A stretch of DNA of 64,000 nt from a virus. Below are positions 38,314 through 48,100 of this stretch, piece by piece. Below the pieces are notes generated by a model. The model was not told where the DNA came from. It was given only the letters and a program-made list of their open reading frames with translations, and searched no databases. Each line of letters opens with the position of its first letter. Position 1 is the first letter of the stretch. The position numbers and the translations under genes were made by a program. The stretch lies in the IMG/VR virus record IMGVR_UViG_3300020193_000003. The stretch is one strand, 5' to 3'.

Positions 38314-40116
38314 ATGAAATACGCCGGAACATACAATGTAAAGTCGATGACGTCCGCCTACCAATTCGCCCTTGGCGAACTGGCGATGATGGAGGAGGAC
38401 GAACCCGAGGACGAGGTGCTTCTGCCGATACCGCAATCGGAACTGTTCTACGCAAAATCGGCCATAGACGCGGTCCTCTCCGACTACGACATGAAGTCAA
38501 GCGCGGTGCCCGACGGGATCATCCTTTACGACGCGAAGACTATCGGTCCGAGCCTGATCAATGAGCTGAAGCACGCACTGAACGAGGTCCAGATCAAGGC
38601 CCTCGGGGCGACGATCGGCGGAGCTAGGCCGGCGGCCGGTGGCGGCGCCGCCGGGGACATGATCGACAGGGACTCAGACGGATACATCTACGACGGAACT
38701 CCGCAGGAGCAGAGGGTCCCGTACAAGCGACGCGACAACAAGCCGGTCGGCGGAGGCGCGCCGGAGGGGATGGAGCTGCGACGCAGGCAATTCGTGCGAA
38801 GCGAGGCCGCCAGGCAGGGCGTGCAACTCAACCGTGGTCCGAAACGATCGGAGCAGGAGAGAAGGTTCAGGACCGAGGCGAGGGCGAGATTCGACAGAAT
38901 AGCGCTCGAGGGTCAGGGCTTCATCCCGCCGGACAGGATAGAAGCGAGCGACAAGCGCAACTTCGAGAACCGGATGGGCGACGTGAACGCAGGGCGCGTC
39001 GACGATCAGGGCAGGAGCGGTTTCGGTTACGGCGGCGAGCGCGACACGTCGTTCGAGGACAACGAGTATCGCAGACAGCAGGGACTGCGCGACACCTCGT
39101 TCGAGGACAACGAGGACAGGCGCAACGAGGGCAAACGCCCACCCGACACCTCCTTCCAGGACAACGAGGACGCACGCAACAGGGGCAAGCGCCCCGCCGG
39201 GAGACCAGTTGACAGGTTGCCAGGAGCAGGCGGACCAAGCGGGAGTCTCAACCCAGGACAACGAGGGGCCAGACCCGACACGTCGTCAGAGGACGCCGAG
39301 TATCGCAGACAGCAGGGAATGCGCCCAGCAGGTAGACCCGTGGACAGGTTGCCAGGGGCTGCCGGACCAAGCGGGAATCTCAACCCAGGACAACGAGGGG
39401 CCAGACCCGACACGTCAAATCAACGAGCGGAAGACGCTCGCAATCAAGGCAAGCGCCCCGCAGGAAGGCCCGTGGACAGGTTGCCGGGAGCAGGCGGTCC
39501 CGGCTACGACGACTCGTTCAGGGACAACGAAAACCGCCGTCTGGAAGGCAAGCGCCCACCCGACACGTCCAACCAGCGAGCCGAAGACGCGCGCAATCAG
39601 GGCAAGCGGCCCGCCGGGAGACCAGTTGACAGGTTGCCAGGAGCAGGCGGACCAAGCGGGAATCTCAACCCAGGACAACGAGGGGCCAGACCCGACACGT
39701 CAAATCAACGCGCCGAGGACGCCCGCAATCAAGGCAAGCGCCCAGCCGGTAGGCCCGTGGACAGGTTGCCCGGGGCTGGCGGACCTGGTTACGACGACTC
39801 GTTCAGGGACAACGAAAACCGCCGCCTGCAAGGCAAGCGCCCACCCGACACGTCGAACCAGAGAGCGGAGAGCGCGCGTCAAGCCGGCGCTCGTCCACAA
39901 AGACCAGTGGACAGACTGCAAGAACCGGGTGGACCAAGCAGAAATCTCAACCCAGGACGACGAGGAGCCAGACCCGACACGTCGAACCAGAGGGCCGAGA
40001 GCGCGCGTCAGAATCGCGCGCGCCCGAATCGCCCGGCTGACAGATTGTCGGGGGCCAACAGAGCGCGCAGGTTCCCCAGGGGGCGGAGCGACTACTACTA
40101 CGGTGGCGAAGCGTAA
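38314..40116 (+). CDS. Repeat-rich, probably disordered head-associated protein (~600 aa)
   Basis: GGAGGG RBS with ATG at 38314; DRDSDGYIYDGTP motif; tandem R/P/G/D-rich repeats. Confidence 0.8.
   Translation: MKYAGTYNVKSMTSAYQFALGELAMMEEDEPEDEVLLPIPQSELFYAKSAIDAVLSDYDMKSSAVPDGIILYDAKTIGPSLINELKHALNEVQIKALGATIGGARPAAGGGAAGDMIDRDSDGYIYDGTPQEQRVPYKRRDNKPVGGGAPEGMELRRRQFVRSEAARQGVQLNRGPKRSEQERRFRTEARARFDRIALEGQGFIPPDRIEASDKRNFENRMGDVNAGRVDDQGRSGFGYGGERDTSFEDNEYRRQQGLRDTSFEDNEDRRNEGKRPPDTSFQDNEDARNRGKRPAGRPVDRLPGAGGPSGSLNPGQRGARPDTSSEDAEYRRQQGMRPAGRPVDRLPGAAGPSGNLNPGQRGARPDTSNQRAEDARNQGKRPAGRPVDRLPGAGGPGYDDSFRDNENRRLEGKRPPDTSNQRAEDARNQGKRPAGRPVDRLPGAGGPSGNLNPGQRGARPDTSNQRAEDARNQGKRPAGRPVDRLPGAGGPGYDDSFRDNENRRLQGKRPPDTSNQRAESARQAGARPQRPVDRLQEPGGPSRNLNPGRRGARPDTSNQRAESARQNRARPNRPADRLSGANRARRFPRGRSDYYYGGEA
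39040..40060 (+). repeat. In-frame coding tandem repeats (132/153-bp units, 285-bp higher-order period)
   Basis: RPAGRPVDRLPGAxGP starts at 39190, 39322, 39454, 39607 and 39739, with variants at 39892 and 40021. Confidence 0.9.
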
Positions 40117-40128
40117 ACGAGCGAGTCA

Positions 40129-40332
40129 ATGAACGGTAGACCAAGCGGCGAGTACACCCGCGGGAACCGTGTTATGGGTTATGATAAACCTACACAAAAT
40201 AACGCAGTCAAATTGAAATATCACTGCATTGCGACGGGCGAGAAACGCCAGTTTCCATGCGGCAGTTGCGTCAACCACAAGGGTTGCCTAGCGACGACGA
40301 TGCAATACAAGGAGCGAAAACATGGAACCTGA
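40129..40332 (+). CDS. Small Cys-rich (zinc-ribbon-like) protein
   Basis: HCIATGEKRQFPCGSCVNHKGC; the true start may be the internal Met. Confidence 0.55.
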   Translation: MNGRPSGEYTRGNRVMGYDKPTQNNAVKLKYHCIATGEKRQFPCGSCVNHKGCLATTMQYKERKHGT

Positions 40333-42181
40333 GACCGGAACACCAACCGTAAAGATCGGGGAAGACGGTCAGGTCCTGCAGTGCGCCAAGGGTGCCGAGA
40401 CGGCGGCCTGCGGCTACAAGGCCGGGGACTCCGTTTGCGCGGCATGCGGCGCCACGGCGATCGAGGTCAAGATGTACGGCGACGACGGGGCCGACGGAAT
40501 GATGTGCAAGGCGACTGGCGAGACGGTGATGGAACCCTGCGCCGAGTGCAAGGGCGACTGCTCCATGATGGCCTTCAAGGGCGAAATGCCGGAAGAGCTG
40601 CTTGCGAGATTCAAGAAGAAGAAAAAGAAGAAGAAGGGTGGCAAGAACCCGTTTGCGGAGGCGGACGAGGAAGACGAAGAGATGTCGGAGAAGGTCGCCA
40701 TGTACGGCGCCCCCCCAGCGAGGGCCTACGGCGACTTCGTGGACGACGAGGAGCTCGGGATCATGCCCGAGGACGGCGAGGAACTGGATATCGAGGAGCC
40801 GGAAATGGACGACCCGGACGAGGAGATTTCGGAGTCCATCGCCATGGGCACGCCCCCGCAAAGGAAGAGGAAGAGTGCCTACGTGGACGAACCTCGTCGC
40901 AGTAGCGAATACGAAGAAGAAGAAGAAGAAGACGAGCTCGAGGAAATGATGGACGAGCCGAACGAGGAGGAGATGGAGGAGGACGCCGAGACAATGGGCT
41001 ACGGCATGTACAGGAAGTCCGACTACGCGGACGCCCGACTCGCATCCATGGGTTTCAAGCAGGGCGAGATGGGCGAGAGCCCGTTCATTTGCGCGATAGA
41101 GAGGAAGCTGTACCCAGCGAACTCCCCGGTGTGCGAGAACTGCCCCGGTGGTTGCGTGAAGGAGGGCGACATGCCCGCGCTCCTGGAGATGGAGGGCGTC
41201 GCCGAGGACATGTTCAGGGGCAAGGTGCTGGACTCCGGCTACTCCGACAAGGCCGACATCTTCGTGATCGACGTGGAGCGCAAGGACGGAAAGCCGGTCG
41301 AGGCGTTCTTTGACGGAACCACGGGCGAGTGCATGGGTTGGCACCTGTTGAACGACGAGGTGCTCAACGTGAAATCGGGATTCCAGCCGACGCAAATGAT
41401 CGGATTCTCGGAGGCGGCGCAGATCGCGACGAAGAGCATCAACGGCGACGTGGTGTCCGTCGAGGCAGACGTGTTTGAGGGGTTCGACAGTTACGCGGTG
41501 GAGGTGGAGGGAGTGGACGGCAAGTCCTACGACGTGTTCGTGTCGCTTGACGGCGAGGTGCTCGGCTACGACACCTACACGCAACAGGAGGCCTTCGCCA
41601 TCGAGTCCGAGGCGGCGGAAATAGCACTCAAGCGCGCCTACGGCGACGACGTCAGGAAGCAGATGGCCGAGCGCGGCGACGCCATGGAGGACGGGGAGAT
41701 GCCCATCGCAAACGACTCGGACCTGAGGAACGCCGTGATGTCGTGGCCGAGGTCCAAGAAGCGCACCGAGGCGAAGGAGCACATCATGGCGAGGGCCAGG
41801 GTCCTCGGTCTCGAAAAATCGCTCCCCGACGAGTGGTTGCAGGAGAAGAAGCAGAACGAGGAGGCGAAGGGGGACGCCAACTTCCTCTCGAGTCTTGCCG
41901 AGTTCGAGCTGATCACCGAGGAGATCAAGTCGTCCAACTCCGAGGAGGATGAGGCTGAGCTGTACTTCAAGCGGATGTTCAGTGACGAGCAACGCGAGAG
42001 CGAGGCCAAGAAGGGCAACGCCCTGCCCGACGGCTCGTACCCGATAGCCAACGAAACGGATCTCAAGAACGCGATCCAGGCGTACGGCAGGGCCAAGGAC
42101 AAGGACAAAGCCAGGGCCCATATCGTCAAGCGCGCCAAGGCCCTCGGTAAAGAGGATTTGATTCCGGAAAACTGGAACTAG
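40322..42181 (+). CDS. Acidic head-associated protein: Cys motifs, PepSY-like repeats, two DUF6582-like domains
   Basis: FSEAAQIA...GDVVSVE...YAVEV..VDGKSYDVFVSLDGEVL (PepSY-like); two copies of (R)..A..G.A..DG..PIAN..DL.NA......K....HI..RA..LG....P..W. Confidence 0.8.
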   Translation: MEPETGTPTVKIGEDGQVLQCAKGAETAACGYKAGDSVCAACGATAIEVKMYGDDGADGMMCKATGETVMEPCAECKGDCSMMAFKGEMPEELLARFKKKKKKKKGGKNPFAEADEEDEEMSEKVAMYGAPPARAYGDFVDDEELGIMPEDGEELDIEEPEMDDPDEEISESIAMGTPPQRKRKSAYVDEPRRSSEYEEEEEEDELEEMMDEPNEEEMEEDAETMGYGMYRKSDYADARLASMGFKQGEMGESPFICAIERKLYPANSPVCENCPGGCVKEGDMPALLEMEGVAEDMFRGKVLDSGYSDKADIFVIDVERKDGKPVEAFFDGTTGECMGWHLLNDEVLNVKSGFQPTQMIGFSEAAQIATKSINGDVVSVEADVFEGFDSYAVEVEGVDGKSYDVFVSLDGEVLGYDTYTQQEAFAIESEAAEIALKRAYGDDVRKQMAERGDAMEDGEMPIANDSDLRNAVMSWPRSKKRTEAKEHIMARARVLGLEKSLPDEWLQEKKQNEEAKGDANFLSSLAEFELITEEIKSSNSEEDEAELYFKRMFSDEQRESEAKKGNALPDGSYPIANETDLKNAIQAYGRAKDKDKARAHIVKRAKALGKEDLIPENWN

Positions 42182-42192
42182 GGGGGATCGAG

Positions 42193-45100
42193 GTGGCTCG
42201 CCTCGAACGACACCTGAGAAAAAGCCCGGGTGAGAAGTCGCTCGGGCCGACCGTCGGCGGTGCGCCGAGGAACCTGAACCCGTTCACCGCGAGGGACGCC
42301 GACCTGGACATGGTGGTCCTGGAGGGCATTGCGACGGTCAACTTCGGTCGAGGCGTCCCAGACCCGACACCCGGCGGAGCCGCGGAGACGCCGTCGGCGC
42401 CAAGATTGAGATCGCCCCTCTACGCGACCAACGAGGATTTCGCCGTCGCGGCGATGTCCGGCCCGAATCGTCGCCCGAGCATCAGCGAGGAAAAAGACCC
42501 AGGTGACGTGAGGAATCCAGACGGTCATTTTCCGCGGCAAGCCGGACCGATGTGGAGGGACACGAGTTTCACGGCCCTGCACCTCGCGCCGAGGGAGCGG
42601 AGGGGCACGAGCCCGGCTTCGGTCAACACGTATCTCCACGCCGAATGGACCGAGCCGTACTGGGACGCCGTCAGGGACGACACGGGGATATGGAACTCCC
42701 CGCCACCGCCGGAGATGGAGGTCGAGCGCGCCATCTACGACGCAATGAAGAGAGAGACGATAGAGGTCGGCGGGTACAACGTTCCGTTCCCCCAGCACCC
42801 GAAGGAGTCCGACTACGACCAGTACACGGACTCAACGGGCGCCACCGTCAGGCACCTCACTGCCACCCGAAGTTTCCCCTTCCGCAATAGGGAGAACCCG
42901 AGGTGGACGGACGGGCACCCGCTGTACCACGCAACCCCGACCGGCGCGTTGCCGCGGATAGTCGCGGAGGGACTGGTCGCAGGCACCGACCGCCAGCTGT
43001 GGTTCGGGGCGTCACCGACGGTGTGGAACGAGCAATTCCCGCACAACGCCGCCCGCCAACTGAAGTCACCGATCAAGGGAATGTCGTTCCTGCGGATCAG
43101 CCCGACCCAAACGATGAACGAGAGGCTCTCCCGCCTCGCGAAGGTCAGCGATGTCGATCGGGCAACGGTTCCCGGGCCCCTAGCGATAGATTCGGCTGGG
43201 AATCTGATCGGGCCGAGGGATTCCTGGGCGCAAATTGCGGTTGGTCTCCTGAGCGACGCCCTGTGGTTCAACGACATCAAGATACCGACGGAAAACATCG
43301 AGGTTCTGAGTCAGACCGGAGAATGGATCCCGTTGTACAGGACGGACCTCTCGGACGTGGTTGCTGATCCCACGAGCGGGCCCGAGGCCGGGATGGCGAA
43401 AGAAAAGAATCGCGGCATCAGAAGAATCCTTGCGTCAATAACGAACGGCAAACACGGCGACGACGAGGGGGCGGACGAACAAAAACCCGCCTCCAAGCCC
43501 CCCGCCGAGGTCCCGGTGGTGGCGCAAATACCCAACCCGGAACCGAGGATCAAATACTCAGACTCCTACGGCGGCGACGACCTCATCAAGAACGAGCAGA
43601 GAATCGTGCGCATAGACCACGAGGGATTGGTGGCTGCGGGCCGCTGGAAAGACATCCACGGTGACCATTACGACTGGTGGGCGTACCCGATAGACAGGGG
43701 GAGCGGCCAGTACGGCGAGGCGTTCAACGTGGCCGGCGAGCCACTCCGGAGGTTGAGGGAAGACCCGGAATTCCTGGCCAGCCTCGCGCGGGAAATAGAG
43801 ATACAGGCCCTCGCCCTGGGTTGGTCGTTGTACGACCAGGACTGGGTGGAAAAGCTCGACTGGGAGAACGGCCAGGACTGGAGACGGGCCTACCCGACGA
43901 GGCTGTGGAAGGCAACCAGATCGGCGCAGATATTCGGGCTCCAGAGGGAGTTCGAGTCGATGCTCGCATTGCACGACTCGCTCGCAGCCGGGGGGGTGCG
44001 ATTCAACCACGAGGATTACTGGGAATCACCCGGGACGGTCGACGATGTCCCGTCGCTGGGAAAATCGTGGAAGGAGAGGCAAGAGGAGTGGAGACAGCGG
44101 TACCCCGCGAGCGACGCCACCAGCTGGACGAGCCCGCACCGCCCGCTGCCCCAGGGTCCCAAGCGGGGTTCCGACGATTCACAAATGACGCTCCTAGAGG
44201 AGGATCGGGTGTGGGACGCCTACGACAGCTACACAACTCCGATCTTCCCGGTCGTGTCCGACGCCGAGGAGCTAGCCGACATCCTGTCGGAACCTGACGA
44301 GATGATCGAGTTCGGTTACCCGTACGAGCGAATCGACAAAGAAACGAGACAGCTGATCGCCGACGACATCTTCTTCGCCGTCTCCCTGTTGATGGACGGC
44401 GAGTTCCCCGACGAGGAGTTCACGGACAGGCTGGAGTCCGCCGAACAAATGAGGCGATATGCGGACGGGCAGGAGGGCCTGTACCCGGAAGACAGGGACA
44501 TCCTGTACGCCCTTGCCGACGCGCTGGAGAACCCGGTCTCGTTGTACGAGGACATCGGCTACGAATCAACCGACTCACCGGACGGCGAGGCGGGGATGGC
44601 AAGACGCTTCCGGCGCCTGGACGAAGAACCCGATTATTCGGATATGAGTTTGAGCGACACGGAGATACAGAACTTCATAGAGTCCGAAGCCGACGAGGTC
44701 ACCGACGACCTGATCTTCGGCAGGGAGGTGTCAAGGGCGTTCGCCCAGGAAGAAGACGAACCCATCCCGCGATCTGTCATACCAGTGAGACAAATATCAA
44801 TCCCAACGCTGGAGGAAATTCCGGAGGACCTAAAACAGTCGTACATCAAGTTGTGGGCCGGAGGCGGGAGCTTCGTCGCCATAAATCGGCAGCTCGGAAT
44901 ATCCAACCATGACGGCGCCGCCATACAAACGGCGCTCCTCAGAAGCGGGGAAATCCTCCCGAGGACCAAGCGCACCTCGGGGGACTCACTGCGTCTCACC
45001 CCCGAAGACGAAAGGGTCTTCGTCGAGTGGTCCAACGAAGGGGCCGATATGGACTTGCTGACATCGGTGTTCGGACTCACCGCCGGGCAGACCGCCGAGA

Positions 45101-48100
45101 TCGCCGCAGACCTGAGAAGCCGGGGATTGATCCGCCGACGATTTCAAAAAAACTTTTTCACCGACAGTGAGCGAGACGCATTCGCGACCATCGTGAAGGA
45201 GGAACTAGCGAAAGGAAGAGGCATCTGGCCGCGTTCCGTGCTCAGGGCCCAGCGGGAGCTCGGATGGTCCAAGCAAAGAGCCCAGGCAATGCTCTTGTGG
45301 TACAAAACCCAAGTTAAGTTCGGTCTTATGCCCGGCATCAAGACCCAACTTTCCGATTCCGACATGATGAGGTTTGCCGCGCGATGGAACGACGGAGTGC
45401 CCGAGGAGCAGCTCGCGCGGGAGTTCAACGTCGCAGAGGGTTCCGTCAAATGGTTGGCTAGCAAGGCGAGAAAGCGGGGAATGCGCCTCAAGCGTCGCAA
45501 CAGCACGGACTTGTCCGCCACGGACGGGTTGCGACGGAGTCCCTCACTTTCTCGGGAGTGGTTGTTGGGAGTAGAAAACGGCACGACATCGGGCGGGTAC
45601 CAGGAGTTCATGGAGGGGATGCAAAAACGAGCGGTGGCACTATACCGAGACGGGAGGACGTACGGCCAGATCGCCAAGGAACTCGGAATCACCGGTGCTG
45701 ACGCCAAGTACCTGGTGGACAGGGCCGCGACATCCGGTGAGAAGTCCCCACGCCGTAGGGGACCAAAATCAAAGGTCGCCGCCGCGCTCGGCATCACCGT
45801 GGACGAGCTGGTTGAACGGATGGCGGCAAGATACAACGAGGGCAAGACAGGCGCCGAGATGGCCACGGAATTCGGCACCACAATCGGCAACCTTAATCAT
45901 TTCCTGAGGGTGGCGGGCAAAAGGGGTTTGTTGAAATTGAGGACGAGGCGACCGAAGACGTCAGTCAAACGCAACGTCACGGGAGCTTCCTCCCGAAAAA
46001 CGAGACCGATCGACGGATCCGACGGCGAGGCCGGGATGTCGGGCCCGGATTCGGCGGATCTGCCGGACGGAATAGACGGGGAACTAGAGGATCACGTCTA
46101 CGAGGATCCGGTGTTCGGTTTGTCCATAAAGCATCCTCTCTTCTTCTGGTTCGCCCCGATCACCCCGGAAGTTGTCGACTTGATAAACGCGTCCTTCGCG
46201 AAAAAACGGGCGTCGGCGGACGAAGCCCTGAGACAAAAGAATTGGGGAAGGTACATATACCTACACGAACGCCCCTACCGCATCGACGCCTTCGAGGACG
46301 TCATGGACGAGCTGACGGACCAGGAGTACTGGAGCCGACTCTCGGACATATGGGTGGACAGCGAGAACATCGGGGCGCAACCCGATCGTTGGAGGAACCT
46401 GCTACTGAGCGACCGCGGCTCGCGCGAGTCCTTCATGACGGAGGACGAGCGCGCGGAATTCGCGGCGTTGCAGCCACGGTTCACCGTGTACCGCGGTTAT
46501 TCGGAGAACGACCAGGAGGAGTTCGGAATGTCGTGGAGCACCGACGCGGGAGTGGCCGAGTGGTTCGCCAGGAGATTCGCAAGGGAAGACGAGAAGATCT
46601 TCATGGAGGAAATGGAGGTCTCCAAGGACGACGTCTTCGCATATCTCACGCGGCGGGGCGAGGAGGAAATAATCCTCGACATGCGCACCGCGGCTGGTGG
46701 GACGGCGAGTAGACGGGAGTTGCCGCGGAAACCCAAGACGAGAATACCCACGAGGAGCAGAAAATTGACTCCCCCGGATGGCGAGGCGGGGATGTCAAGG
46801 ACAACGGAGAGGGGCGATCTGGTCAGGCTCGGCAGAAACTCGAATTATCCCAGCGGGTTGCAACCCGGATCGCTCGGCAGGGTCGCGAGAGTGGGCCGCG
46901 ACGGAACCATCTCCGTGGAAATTGAAGGCGAGCTGATAAAACTGACCCCCGGCGAGGACCATTTCCTGGTGATCCCGAGGCAGTTTGACGTCCTGTACGA
47001 GCTGACGGACAACGACGGCAACGTGATTTACCTACCAGTCGAGGACGTGACGTACCCCCGGCTCACCAGCGCCAGGGAGGAAGCGGCAAAAGCTGGGTAT
47101 AGAGAAACAGGAATCATCCGAGGAAACATGCGAACATTTTTTGACGACGCCACGGGTACCTACAAGACGGAACGGACGGAGTTTGAGGTGATCGGCGCAC
47201 AGAACATCCGGCCGGAAACGACGGCACCGGTTACGAGGCAATCCACAGACACTCCCGACGGCGAGGCCGCGATGTCCTCCCAAAAAATCCCCAAATTCAA
47301 CGGCGGCCACAGCAGCAAGGGGAGGGGGACTCCGTCGGGTGACGGCAAGGACTTGGCGATGAGGGACGTGGCGGACAGCGCCATAGTCGAGTTGGCGAAC
47401 GACGAGAGGAGCAGTTCGCGGACGACGCTCGAGACGCTCGGGTCGTACCGGGCCGGGAGCATGGTCGTGATGCTGGCGAGAAACGGTGAGCTCCGGGGCA
47501 TCCCGCTGAGGGACGAAACCATCCAGGCAATAACGAAAGCCCACGACGACGGTGCGATGTTCGTCGTCGGGGACATGCCGGGCGTGGATTCGCAGTTCGT
47601 GGAATTTTTGGACAAAATCGGGGCCGACTACACGATCTACCATGCGGGGAGTTCGCCGAGGTTCCGTCCGCAACCGCCCGACGCGCGCGGGGACGCGCCG
47701 TCCGAACTCCTCGCGCGCGTGACCGACGAGGACGCGCAGCTCAATCTCCTTTACTCGGTCCCCGGGGTCGCCGCCAGCGTCAGGATGAGGAGCACCGACG
47801 GTGCGCCCGTCGCCCCGGGCAAGAACGCAATCATGAAGCCGTACCTCCTGGCTCCGCACATAGACGTGAACGGTTTGGACGCGTCGGACCCGGCAATCCA
47901 GTCCCTTTCGCCGGCACTGAAGGCCGCCGGGTTGGGAACCTACAAAGTCACCGGGCACTCGACCCCCAAGGTCCAGGGACCGGTGGTGAAGGAGTTCGCG
48001 GACAGGCTGATAGGTCCCAGTGCCGTCGCCGACGCCGTGCTCGGAACGTTCCCGACCGCGGACGAGATGCTGACGATATACGCAGTAAACGCACTCATCA

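Noticed and set aside
39040-40060. CRISPR array
   Set aside because: The units are in-frame multiples of 3 with synonymous variation and have no unique spacers; this is a coding repeat.
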